64,000 nt of DNA from an uncultured Phycisphaerales bacterium (GCA_963758525.1 CAVWVQ010000003.1:192001-256000), one strand, 5' to 3'; positions 1 to 10,104 are shown, counted from the stretch's first letter. Numbers and translations: made by a program. Notes: a model not told the origin generated them from the letters alone.

Positions 1-810
1 CATCGCCGCACAGACACCTACAGGACGCAGGATCCTGAGAATCTGACTCGCGGTATATGTTCTGCAGGCGAGGGCCAGCAAAGCTCCAATCGCCAGTTCA
101 TCGGTTCTGCACGGCGTGAGCAAGCTCGCGGTGTCATGGTGGCTGTGCGGAAGCAACAGATAACGGCTCGTCAGGGCAGTGAGAACCAGCACAAGGGAGA
201 TACCGACCAAGCCTCTTTTGGATGAAAGATAGATAACGAGCGGCCAGAGGAGGTAAAAGTGTTCCTCCACTGCCAATGACCAGAAGTGCGTGACCATGAA
301 CGGATAGGGATTTAGAAAACCCCACCCGAACCGGTACACGGCGAGATTGGTTCCGTAGAGCCACAACCACGCCTGGTGCGGCCGGGCCGCTGCAAGCCCC
401 GCGCGAGCGACCGGCGTGAATGGGAGCACGAGGAATACAACCGAAAGCACGCCATAGTAGATGGGACAGATGCGGAGGGTGCGCCGGACGTAGAAATTTC
501 GGAAAAAGTGCGGGGATCCCTTTGAATCGAGAAGGATACCGGTGATGAGGAAGCCTGAGAGCACGAAGAACAGATCGACTCCCATCCAGCCATTGCCCGT
601 GAGTTTGATGTAGATGCGGCCCACTGACGTGAGGGGAAGCGCACTGAGATACCAGTAGCTGAAGTGCATCGTCATGACCGCCAGGACCGCGATCCCCCGA
701 AGCCCGTCCAATGCGGGCATATAGCGGCCAAATGCCGGAGGGTCATCCTGCGGCGGAATTCGAGATCGAGCCCCGGTGATTGGGGAGACTGCAGATGGAA
801 TTCCAACCAT
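1..810 (-). CDS. Acyltransferase-3 (OafA-like) membrane acyltransferase, runs off the left edge of the window
   Basis: Not in the ORF track because no stop lies in the window. Hand translation from ATG at 810 is open to position 1: YMPALDGLRGIAVLAV..GWMGVDLFFVLSGFLITGIL..FRNFYVRRTLRI..THFWSLAVEEHFYLLWP, all classic Acyl_transf_3 motifs. Confidence 0.92.
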   Translation of the reverse strand, partial: MVGIPSAVSPITGARSRIPPQDDPPAFGRYMPALDGLRGIAVLAVMTMHFSYWYLSALPLTSVGRIYIKLTGNGWMGVDLFFVLSGFLITGILLDSKGSPHFFRNFYVRRTLRICPIYYGVLSVVFLVLPFTPVARAGLAAARPHQAWLWLYGTNLAVYRFGWGFLNPYPFMVTHFWSLAVEEHFYLLWPLVIYLSSKRGLVGISLVLVLTALTSRYLLLPHSHHDTASLLTPCRTDELAIGALLALACRTYTASQILRILRPVGVCAAM

Positions 811-816
811 AGACAA

Positions 817-1991
817 TTACTCCCAACGCCCGGCCGCCCGATTGCTGTTCTTTCGCGCAGGAGTATCGGCCGCCGCGGAGCTGGCGATTGAAGCGCGATT
901 TCGGCCGATCCATAATTGGCGAAACGGATAGATCCACTGCCGCAGGTTTGTTGCCAGCACTCCGCGAACCGAATGAGCCGATTCCGCTGGAAACGTCTCG
1001 TCATCGATTCCGGTTGCCGGATAGACGTCATACTCCCTGCACTGGGTGCCAAACAGACAGTCCCAGACGGTCAGAATCGCGCCATAGTTTTGGTCGAAAT
1101 GCTCCGGGTGCAGGGAGTGGTGAATGCGGTGTGACTGCGGCGTAACAACAAAGTAACAGAGCGGTCCGAAATTGCTCCTGATGTTTGCATGGCAAAGCCG
1201 GTTGTGCCAGGTCAGGATCAATATCCACCAGATGACCGCGGGCTCCTGGAGATTGAGCATCAGCATGGGAAGCACGAGCACGGTGTAGCGGAGGAATTGC
1301 TCCACAATGTGATTTCGGTAAGACGAAAACTGATTCAATTCTCGCTGCGCGTGATGGACGGCATGAAACGGCCAGAGAAAGGAGAGGCGATGGTGAAACC
1401 AGTGCTGCAACCACCGCGCAAAATCCATCGCCACGGCGCCGATCACCAGCCGCAGCGCCACGGGAAGCGAATGAGCCGTCCGCAGAGTGAGAAAGGCCAG
1501 ATGCCGGGAGTAGAAGTTGTAGAGCATCGCGCCGTACCACATGGCGATCACCAGCCAGACCGCGGCTTCGATCACCACCCACAGCGCATCGTGAACCAGG
1601 CCGGTGCTCAGCGTCCGTTGAGAAGGAATTGCAGGAAAGCGGCGTTCCAGCATGAAGATGCCAAGCATGCCGAAGGGGTAGAGCACCATCGATAGCAGTG
1701 ACCAGCCGGAGATCGCTTTCTTGAGGTGCGGCAGCAGGCCGTGCAGAAGCCACCTTGCGCATCGGCGCTGACAAAAGCGAATGGGTAGAGAAGCCTTATG
1801 ATCAGGCAGGCGATCGCCAGCAAGAGGAAGCAGCCTGCGAAAACGATGCGAACGCGTGATTCGGTTGCGGATTCGGAATCCGGATTTGCGCGGACGTAGC
1901 TCGGCCGCCGGGAGCGGGGAAATTGGCGAGACAGAGATGTCGGGCGATTATCCGTCTCCGCGAGCATGCTCACCGGCCTGTCAGCATGCAC
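817..1991 (-). CDS. Sterol desaturase/fatty acid hydroxylase family protein; N-terminus probably frameshifted near 1700-1760
   Basis: ORF 817..1689 has His boxes QHWFHH, FHAVHH, HANI, HRIHH and NYG..LTVWD.LFGT. Upstream ORF 1608..1991 supplies a hydrophobic N-terminus in another frame. Confidence 0.85.
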
Positions 1992-2274
1992 TTGGCACGC
2001 GAAGCTAATTCACAGAACGCTGCCCGCATCCCGAGGCATGCCAAGCGACACCGTCATCGATCATTCGTATCGTCCAGCATCGATCCTATGTTGAGCATGA
2101 ATGAGCGGGGACCACCGGTATTATGGGGAGCTAATTCGCCGGTGCTGGTCCAACCTTACGGCTTTTCCGCGGGATAGGGTCTTTTTCTTAATAATCTGTA
2201 CATGGTGCAGTGTTTTGCCGATTGAATCGATGTAACCCGTACGCTCTTTCGGCCACGTTTTGTGCAGGAAATGA

Positions 2275-2721
2275 ATGATGAACGACACGACCAGCCGATT
2301 CAGGATTAACGAAAAGCTCGTGACCTCGAAGATGATCGACGGGGAGGCGATTATCATCAACCTGGCCAATGGGATGTACTACAGCCTGGACAAAACCGGC
2401 GGCGTGGTATGGGTGCTGATTGGCGCGGGTCAGAGCCTGGGCGAAATCGCGAACGTGGTGTCTTCACGCTTTTCCGCACCACCGGAGCAGGTTCGCGAGG
2501 ATCTGGCCCTGCTGGTGAACGATCTGGTGAAGCAAAATCTGGTGCTGCCCGCCGAGGGCGACGCGCCGATCGTGCAGGTCAAGCTCGATCCGCCCACGGG
2601 CGATGCTTACGTGCAACCCGTGCTCAATAGTTACGACGACATGGGGGATGTGCTCGCGCTGGATCCGCCGCTGCCGCAGGTGGAAATCGAAAACGAATCC
2701 TGGGAGACCAGCGTCAAATGA
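2275..2721 (+). CDS. PqqD-family/RiPP recognition element (RRE) protein with a C-terminal YxxPxL-containing extension
   Basis: IDGEAIIINLANGMYYSLDKTGGVVW..GQSLGEIA..F..PEQVREDLALLVNDLVKQNLV is a PqqD/RRE pattern. Tail: DAYVQPVLNSYDDMGDVLALDPPLPQ... Confidence 0.88.
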   Translation: MMNDTTSRFRINEKLVTSKMIDGEAIIINLANGMYYSLDKTGGVVWVLIGAGQSLGEIANVVSSRFSAPPEQVREDLALLVNDLVKQNLVLPAEGDAPIVQVKLDPPTGDAYVQPVLNSYDDMGDVLALDPPLPQVEIENESWETSVK

Positions 2722-2736
2722 GGGGCGCGAGCAGAC

Positions 2737-4496
2737 ATGGAGCAAGCCGATCCGCTCATTTCGTGTCTGTGCGTCACGCGTGCGCGCGTGGCCTTGCTCC
2801 GTCGCGCCGTTCAATGTTTTTTTGAGCAAACCCATCGCCATCGCGAGCTGCTGATTCTCTTCGATTCCGATGATGCCGCCACGCGCCAGTACGTTGGCTC
2901 GCTCGACGACGATCGCATCCGCGGCATCGAGGTGCCGGACTCTCCGCGACAATCGCTGGGATCGCTGCGAAATCTTGCCGTCGGCGAGGCGCGCGGGCAA
3001 TACGTCTGCCAGTGGGACGACGACGACTGGTATCACCCTGATCGACTGACGGTGCAATTATCGGCGTTGCGCGGCAGCGGCCGCTGTGCATGCGTCCTTT
3101 CCCGCTGGACCTGCGTCGACACTGAGGCGCATCGCGCCTACATCTCCCCCCACCGCGCCTGGGAGGGAAGCATTCTGGCCGAGCGCGATCGAATGGCGGC
3201 CTACCCGGATCTGGCCCGCGGCGAGGACACGGTGGCAATCGAGACGCTGTCCCGTCAGCAACAACTGCACATGCTCGACCGGCCGGAACTTTACGTTTAC
3301 ACATTCCACGGCCGCAACACCTGGGATCGCAGCCATTGGGCTTATCTGCTTGGAAAATCGACGGTCGTTCCGTGGGATGAGTCGCAGGACATCCTGCGCC
3401 GCACGGGCTCCGATGCGATGGGTCCCAACGCGCTTCCGATGCGGGAGCACCTTGCACCCACGCGTTATTGGTTCGACCAGGCTTGCGAGCGCGGCCGCGA
3501 GCCGGCGCTGACCACATACTTCCGCTTCGCTGACGCGCCGGTCCGGATGCGTGTCGCGGGTAACGCGCTCAATGCTCACCTGAAGCGGAGCTACGAGCAG
3601 TTGCTGGCAGACGATGTCGACCCCGACGGCCCTTTCGCTTTGACGATAGACGCGTGGGACCGGGCCACGACCGGCTTGGGATGTCCCGGCGTCCCGATGC
3701 CGCCGGACCAGACGCAACTCCTCGATGAAGGATTGCTCAACTCATACGACGACGGACGCATCATCCGCTACGAACGAGGGCATTACGTCAACGCAATCGA
3801 CCGGATGGCGCCAAGATTTTCACCTGGCGGGCCGACGGAAACGATCAGGCGCTCTATGAACGGGCCAAGCCATTCCCCAACATGCTGGAGATCTGGTATC
3901 GCGATCAGGGCGTCCAGCAGTTGCATGCGGGCCTGGTGGCGCGCGACGGCAAGGGGGTGCTTTTTATCGGACAGAGCGGATCGGGAAAATCGACCTGCAC
4001 GCTCGCTTGCGCGCTGGACGGCTTCGACTACCTTGGCGACGACCACAACGGGCTGCAGATGACTCAGGACGGGCGTTGCATCGGACACAGCTACTACAAC
4101 GCCGCGCGAATCGGGCCCGGGCACCTGCGGCATTTCCCGGAACTGCGTCCGCACGAAGTGCCTCCGCACAACCAGTACGATCAGAAATCGCTGGTCTGGA
4201 TGACGCAGGTGACCGGCCGCGTCGCAAAAAAGTGCGACATCGTCGCGGTCGTCATGCCGCGGATCGTCGTCGGAGGCACGACGCGATTTCGCCGGGCATC
4301 CAAGGTGCAGACGCTGATTGCGCTCGCTCCCAGCACGCTTAAAGTGCCGATGGGCGCGGGGCTGGGCGGCTTCATGAACCTCACCGACTTCATCCCGAAG
4401 ATCCCCTGCTTTCTGCTCGAATGCGGCCCCGACGTGCGTCAGATTCCCGATTGCGTGCGGCGGATGATTGATGCGGCCGCGGGGAGCGGAGGGTAA
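2737..4496 (+). CDS. GT2 glycosyltransferase fused to an HPr-kinase-like P-loop kinase (frameshift near 3810)
   Basis: N-terminus LISCLCVT..SLGSLRNLAV..QWDDDDWYHPDRL (GT2). Open in frame into a linker/kinase N-domain. Shifting frame at ~3810 gives KIFTWRADG..YERAKPF..LHAGLVARDGKGVLFIGQSGSGKST..YLGDD (ORF 3882..4496). Confidence 0.8.
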
Positions 4497-5629
4497 TGCG
4501 CATCCTCTATTGGACAGAGTCATTCTGGCCGAGGATCGGCGGAAGTGAAGTGGCGGCGGCGGCGCTGATCGGCGAAATGCGGTGCCGGGGCCATCAATTC
4601 GAGGTGGTGACACGGCAGTGGTCGCCGGATCAACCGGCAACCGATCGATGGAACGGTATTGCCGTGCATCGCGTGCCATTCGATGACGGCACGTTTGACC
4701 GGCTCAACCTGGAAGAGATCCTCCCGCTGCGTCAGCGCGTGGCTGCGATCAAGCGACGATTCAAACCTGATCTGGTTCACGTCGGCCTCACAGGACCGAG
4801 CCTGTTCCTGCATAATTTCACCGCGGGGCAGTTTCCCGCGCCCACGCTCATCACCCTGCATGTCGTGCCTGTGGAAACCGAATACGGCCGGAACAAGCCG
4901 GTACGCGAGGCGCTTCGCGCCGCAGCCTGGCTGGCGCCGGTTTCAAACGCCGTGGCAGCGCGGATACAGCATCGGTTACCGGCCCTGGCGGAACGCTGCT
5001 CGGTGATCCATAACGGATTGCCCGAGCCGACGGCGGCGCTCCTGCCCGTCCCCTTTTCACCGCCAAGACTGCTCTGTGTTGGTCGCGTCACCGAACAGAA
5101 GGGCTTCGACACCGCCGTCGCGGCGATGCCTTTCGTACGCGAGATGTTTCCAGACGCGGAGTTGTTGATTGCAGGGGATGGCGATGCGACTGAATCGCTC
5201 CGGGAATTAGCGTGCACGTTGAATGTCTCCGATTGCGTGAAACAACTGGGGTGGACGCCGTCAGACCAGGTGCCGGGGCTGATCGACGCAGCGACGCTGG
5301 TGTTGATGCCTTCGCGATGGGAGCCGTTCGGATTGGTGGCGCTGCAGGCAGGTCAGCGAGGCCGCGCGTGCGTGGCGGCGGATGTCGATGGTTTGCCCGA
5401 GATCGTGCAGCACGAACGGACGGGGCTGCTGCTTCCCCCGGATCAACCGCGACAATGGGCCGACGCCATCTGCTTACTGCTCACCGACCGGCAACGCATC
5501 ATGATGATGGGCCGCGAGGCGCGGCGGTTTGTTTCGCGGCAATTCAGCCTTGCGAAGCACGTGGACGCGTACGAATCGCTCTATCAGCGCCTGGCCGCCC
5601 GCGCCTGCAGGGAAGAGGCGATGGCATGA
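4496..5629 (+). CDS. Glycosyltransferase family 4 (GT-B)
   Basis: MRILYWTESFWPRIGGSE; VGRVTEQKG; PSRWEPFGLVALQA; DGLPEIVQHERTGLL. The start overlaps the upstream stop (TAATG). Confidence 0.93.
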   Translation: MRILYWTESFWPRIGGSEVAAAALIGEMRCRGHQFEVVTRQWSPDQPATDRWNGIAVHRVPFDDGTFDRLNLEEILPLRQRVAAIKRRFKPDLVHVGLTGPSLFLHNFTAGQFPAPTLITLHVVPVETEYGRNKPVREALRAAAWLAPVSNAVAARIQHRLPALAERCSVIHNGLPEPTAALLPVPFSPPRLLCVGRVTEQKGFDTAVAAMPFVREMFPDAELLIAGDGDATESLRELACTLNVSDCVKQLGWTPSDQVPGLIDAATLVLMPSRWEPFGLVALQAGQRGRACVAADVDGLPEIVQHERTGLLLPPDQPRQWADAICLLLTDRQRIMMMGREARRFVSRQFSLAKHVDAYESLYQRLAARACREEAMA

Positions 5630-6336
5630 GCAGGCCAACCGTCAGTTGCATTCTCGCCGTTTACAACGGCCGCCAATACTTGGCCGAGGCGCTGGACTCG
5701 ATCCGGCGTCAGTCGCGGCCGGTGGATGAGATCATTGTCGTGGACGACGGATCGACCGATGACACGGTCGAGATCGCCGAGAGATTCGGTGCGCCTCTCC
5801 GCTGCATCCGCCAGCAGAACGCCGGCCAGTCCGCGGCCCGCAATCATGGTGTCCGCGTCTCGCGCGGCGACATGCTGTCATTTCTCGACTGCGACGACCT
5901 CATTCATCCCAAAAAGATCGAGCGCCAACTGCGGCGCTTTGATGAGGCTCCGCAACTGGCGCTGATCGACGCCTACGCGCAGAACTTCTGGAGCCCAGAA
6001 GTTCCCCAGGAGCAGCGGCAATTGACCGGCTGGCAAGCCATGACCCATTCCGACCAACCGTGGCCGGAGTTCATCGCAACCTGGCTCTTCCGGCGCGAAG
6101 CATGGCAGTGCGCGGGACAGTTCGACGAGAACCGCCGATTTGCCGAGGACAGCGACTGGCATGACCGCGTGCGCTTCAGCGGCATGCCGATGGAGACGAT
6201 GCGGGCGGTGCTCGCCCGGCGCCGGCTGCATCAGACGAATCTCACTCGCAGCAACTACGTCGACCACATCGACGGCCTGCAACGTTTTTACAAGGAGAAA
6301 ATCGACCGCCTGCGCGCTCAGGAACGCGCCGGTTGA
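5626..6336 (+). CDS. Glycosyltransferase family 2 (paralog 1)
   Basis: Start MSRPTVSCILAVYNG at an ATGA overlap with the GT4 stop; VVDDGSTD, ARN, FLDCDD, FWSPE, RRRLHQTN. Confidence 0.92.
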   Translation: MSRPTVSCILAVYNGRQYLAEALDSIRRQSRPVDEIIVVDDGSTDDTVEIAERFGAPLRCIRQQNAGQSAARNHGVRVSRGDMLSFLDCDDLIHPKKIERQLRRFDEAPQLALIDAYAQNFWSPEVPQEQRQLTGWQAMTHSDQPWPEFIATWLFRREAWQCAGQFDENRRFAEDSDWHDRVRFSGMPMETMRAVLARRRLHQTNLTRSNYVDHIDGLQRFYKEKIDRLRAQERAG

Positions 6337-6344
6337 TTTACGTC

Positions 6345-7034
6345 ATGACGTCACCCGGCATCAGCTTGATCATCCCGGCATACAACGCGAGCCGCTATCT
6401 GCGCGAAGCGATCGACTCCGCGCTGAGCCAGACGATCAAGCCGAGGCAGTTGATCGTTGTGGACGACGGGTCGACCGACGACACGCTGCAGATCGCCCGA
6501 AGTTACGGCGATATCCTCACGGCCATCACACAGCCCAATGGCGAAGGCTCGGCAGCGCGCAATCGCGGCCTGACGGAAGCGGACCAGCCATTGATCGCGT
6601 TCCTGGACGCGGATGATCGATATGCACCCAATAAACTCGAGCGGCAACTGCAGTCCCTCTCTGACCACCCGGGCGCGATGCTCTGCATCTGCCGAGCCTG
6701 CGACTTCTGGTCGCCAGACCTTCCCGCTGCCGTTCGCAAGGCCTCAAACTTCGAGCCGCAGTTCAGGCCGGGCCAGCCGGGCACCTGGCTGGCGCGACGA
6801 GAAGTCTTCGAGTGCGCCGGGAGGTTCAACACCTCGCCAGCATTTAATTTCAGCGAAGGATCGGAGCTGTATTCACGCATCGAGAACGCCAGACTCGCAG
6901 TGGTGCGAATTGACGATGTGCTGGTCGAACGACGGCTGCATTCCTCGAACAAGACCGCGAATTCCAAAGCGCATCTTGATGGAATCATGTCGTTGATGAA
7001 GCGGCGGCTGGAATTGCGGAGGGGATCGGCATGA
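6345..7034 (+). CDS. Glycosyltransferase family 2 (paralog 2)
   Basis: MTSPGISLIIPAYNA..VVDDGSTD..ARNRG..FLDADD..FWSPD..RRLHSSN. The start could be 6333. Confidence 0.92.
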   Translation: MTSPGISLIIPAYNASRYLREAIDSALSQTIKPRQLIVVDDGSTDDTLQIARSYGDILTAITQPNGEGSAARNRGLTEADQPLIAFLDADDRYAPNKLERQLQSLSDHPGAMLCICRACDFWSPDLPAAVRKASNFEPQFRPGQPGTWLARREVFECAGRFNTSPAFNFSEGSELYSRIENARLAVVRIDDVLVERRLHSSNKTANSKAHLDGIMSLMKRRLELRRGSA

Positions 7035-7186
7035 GCCAGTACGAAGTGCGGGATCCAGCGGCTCACGGTGGCGAACGGCCAATCTTGCTCCCTCCCGCGG
7101 AGAGGGGACCGGAGGGAAATCGCCCGCCGGTAAATTGTGCCCCTGGGACAGCGAATGAACTACCTGCGCGGAGTAGGCGGGTTTGC

Positions 7187-7879
7187 ATGATGACCACACC
7201 AGGCATCAGCCTGATTATCCCCGTTTTCAATGCGAGTCTTTATCTGCGCGAAGCCATCGACTCGGTGTTGAGCCAGACCCGCAAGGCGCAACAGATCATC
7301 GTCGTGGACGACGGATCGACCGACGACAGCCGCGAGATTGCCCTGGGGTACGGCAGCGCGATCACGCTCATCTCGCAGGCGAACGGCGGCACTGCCGCGG
7401 CGCGCAATCGCGGCCTGGAAGAGGCAAACCAGCCGTTGATCGGGTTCCTCGACAACGACGACCGATTCACGCCCCAAAAGCTCGAGCGACAACTGCACGC
7501 GCTTCTGGAAAATGACGGCGCGATGCTATGCGTCTGCCGGGTGCGTGCCTTCTGGTCGCCCGAGGTGCCCGGGAGCGCCCGAAGAGCCGTTGATCTAACC
7601 CCGCAATTTCGTCCGGGGCAGCCCGGCGCGTGGCTGGCGCGGCGCGAACTGTTCGAGCGCGTTGGCGGCTTCAGCGATGAGCCGCAGTGTTATTACATCG
7701 AAGGCTCGGAATTGTTCGTGCGTATCGAGCACGCGGGATGCGCGGTGGCGCGAATCGATGACGCGCTGCTCGAGAGACGGCTCAGCCTGTCGAACAAAAC
7801 AGCCAACTCCAAAGCGCACCTCGACGGGATTATGACCCTTATGCAGCGGCGGCTGCATTTACGGCGGTGTTCCACATGA
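7187..7879 (+). CDS. Glycosyltransferase family 2 (paralog 3, tandem duplicate of paralog 2)
   Basis: MMTTPGISLIIPVFNA..VVDDGSTD..FLDNDD..FWSPE..NKTANSKAHLDGIM. The ORF is open from 7031, but homology to paralog 2 starts at ~7187. Confidence 0.9.
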   Translation: MMTTPGISLIIPVFNASLYLREAIDSVLSQTRKAQQIIVVDDGSTDDSREIALGYGSAITLISQANGGTAAARNRGLEEANQPLIGFLDNDDRFTPQKLERQLHALLENDGAMLCVCRVRAFWSPEVPGSARRAVDLTPQFRPGQPGAWLARRELFERVGGFSDEPQCYYIEGSELFVRIEHAGCAVARIDDALLERRLSLSNKTANSKAHLDGIMTLMQRRLHLRRCST

Positions 7880-8592
7880 GCCAGTACGATCTCCCACTCG
7901 TGAGTTGCATCATCGCCGTGTACAACGGCCAAGCGTATTTGCGCGAAGCGATCGAATCACTGCTCGCCCAGGAATATCCGCTGTTGGAGATCGTGGTGGT
8001 CGATGACGGCTCGACCGACGGCACGGCCGGCGTAATCAGCGCGTATCGCGGTCGCGTCCACGCGATCAGCCAGACCAATTGCGGCGTATCCGTCGCCCGC
8101 AATCGCGGGGTGGAGATGTCATCGGGCCGACTGCTTTGCTTTTTGGACGCCGACGATCTGCTGGATCCGCGGAAGATTGCGGCGCAGGTGGCCGCGTTCG
8201 GCACCGATGAACGCCTCGATTTTTGCGACTGCCATACTTCGTACTTCTGGAGTCCGGAGATTTCGGCCGAGGCGCTCGAGCGGGATCCTCGCCATGCCCA
8301 GCCATTCTGGCACACGCCCCTGCCGCGTCACATCAGCACCTGGTTGTTTCGTTGCGAGCTATGGGATCGCGTCGGCACGTTTGCTGCCAGACTCCGCTAC
8401 GCCGAGGACGTGGACTGGTTCAGCCGGGCTCGCGATCTTCCCATGCGCAGCCTGACACTCCCCGATGTGCTGACACATCGGCGACTCCATACGGGCAACG
8501 TGACCGCGCAATGCCGCGACCGGCAGGTCGACGACCTCGCGAGCACACTCCGGGCGCACATGGTCCGCGCGCGAACAAGGAACGCGGGCTGA
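7876..8592 (+). CDS. Glycosyltransferase family 2 (paralog 4)
   Basis: MSQYDLPLVSCIIAVYNG..VVDDGSTD..FLDADD..FWSPE..HRRLHTGN; ATGA overlap with the previous stop. Confidence 0.92.
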   Translation: MSQYDLPLVSCIIAVYNGQAYLREAIESLLAQEYPLLEIVVVDDGSTDGTAGVISAYRGRVHAISQTNCGVSVARNRGVEMSSGRLLCFLDADDLLDPRKIAAQVAAFGTDERLDFCDCHTSYFWSPEISAEALERDPRHAQPFWHTPLPRHISTWLFRCELWDRVGTFAARLRYAEDVDWFSRARDLPMRSLTLPDVLTHRRLHTGNVTAQCRDRQVDDLASTLRAHMVRARTRNAG

Positions 8593-10104
8593 TGCAACAC
8601 CAGTTGCCCATCTCCGCCTGCGATCCGCCGCTGGCCGATACCCTTCGGCTGATGATGCCATGCGCAACCACCACGCTGCTGCTGCAAGCGGCACTGCTTC
8701 AAAGCGGCGCGGCCGGCGAAGCGTGGTTGAAATGGAGGCAAACCATCGCAGATCCCAAGGCATTTCTCGCATCCGATCGCGTCGGCATCAAACGTCACTT
8801 GCCTTTGTTGTACCGCAACCTGACCGCGCACCAGGTGGACGTCGGCCGCGACCTTGAACCGTACTTCCGCGCGGCCCGCGCTCGTGAGGAGCTTCGCAGC
8901 GCGCGGTATCGCCGATTCCTCGGCGAAGCACTCGGCGCGCTGCAACGCAGCGGCGTTGAGTTTGTCGTGGGCAAGGGCGTGACCGTCGGCGAAACGATCC
9001 ACGCAGATCCGGTTGTGCGGCACAGCCACGACATCGATCTGCTGGTGCGACCTGGGGACCTGGCCACCGCGGCCGAGGCGTTGCAGAAAGCGCGATTCCC
9101 CTCGTCTGCGACACACAGCCCGCGCGGCGAGCCGCGATTCGTCCACGAATCGGGCTTGCCCGTGGAACTGCACCATCGGTTGTACCGCACGCCCTTCTAT
9201 GACGGCGACCTGACGGGCGTCTGGGACCGGGCACGCGCCGGCGAAGCCCTCGGCATGCCAGTGCGGCTGATCAGCGACGTCGACCTGCTCGTGCAAGCGC
9301 CGGTGCATGCGTCGGTCGTGCCGCAACGCTGCGGACTCAGTTGGATTGTCGATGTCGCAAGTCTTCTGCAACGACGCGATGCCGAAGGAACAGCGATTGA
9401 CTGGGCGTCGGTCATCTGGATCGCGGGCGAAGCGGGCGCGACGCTGCCGCTGTACGTGACGTATCATTATCTTGCGACCACATTCAAGGCCCCGATTCCC
9501 CGGCAGGTCATCGAAGAACTGGGCCGCTCGGCGCAGGGCAGGACCGCTGCAGCATCTGGCGGCCTTGGACGGCCTGCGCTGCGAAGCCCGATATCGGCGG
9601 ATCAAAGTGCTGCTCGACGCCAGCGGATGGCGCTCGCGCGCGGCGATCGCCAGAGCGATGCTGCTGCCGCCGCCGGCATATCTCAGGGCAACGCATCCGG
9701 GGATACGCCGGTTACCGCTGGCGCGAATTTATATCACACGACCGCTGCAGTTTGCCGGCAGGCAATTCAACCGATTCAAGTTCCGATTGCGGCAACGATG
9801 GCTGGGTCTGACGCAAACGCCGTTGGCACCTGTTGCGATAGCAGCAGCCGTCGCGTGCAACCGCGAATCATGGAAGCAGCTTCTTGCCTCCTCCCCTGGT
9901 ACTCCGGGGGAGGATCGAGGTGGGGGCCCTGTAAGTGCAACCGTGCCGCTATTACGCCCGGCCCCCACCCCAACCCTCCCCCGGAGTACCAGGGGAGGGG
10001 GCAAGAGCGCGTCAACTCAGGAGACCGGTGACATTCGAGCCGGTTCTGCGCGTAGTCCGGCGGCTTCGGCTCCACCCTCAATTGCACGGGAGTCCCTCGT
10101 ATGA
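8592..10104 (+). CDS. Nucleotidyltransferase (NTP_transf_5-like); frameshift near 9530, true 3' end uncertain
   Basis: Start at a TGATG overlap; VVGKG..DPVVRHSHDIDLLV, VELHHRL, WIVDVA. Continues in ORF 9472..10104 (LQHLAALDGLR..LLPPPAYL), whose tail runs through a REP element. Confidence 0.8.
9882..10006. repeat. REP-like palindromic element, family A (CCCTCyCCyGGTACTCCGGGrGAGG inverted pair)
   Basis: ctcccctggtactccgggggagg ... cctcccccggagtaccaggggag. Related copies at 22647-22768, 34827-34875, 36465-36506 and 46271-46305, and a half copy at ~7084-7117. Confidence 0.8.

Noticed and set aside
1992..2006. Sigma54 promoter at ttggcacg
   Set aside because: No TTGC element at the required -12 spacing.
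1923..2177. Small ORF upstream of the RRE as a stand-alone RiPP precursor
   Set aside because: No YxxP leader motif, no Thr(-2)/Gly-Asp lasso pattern and no clear RBS; not supportable, though not excluded.
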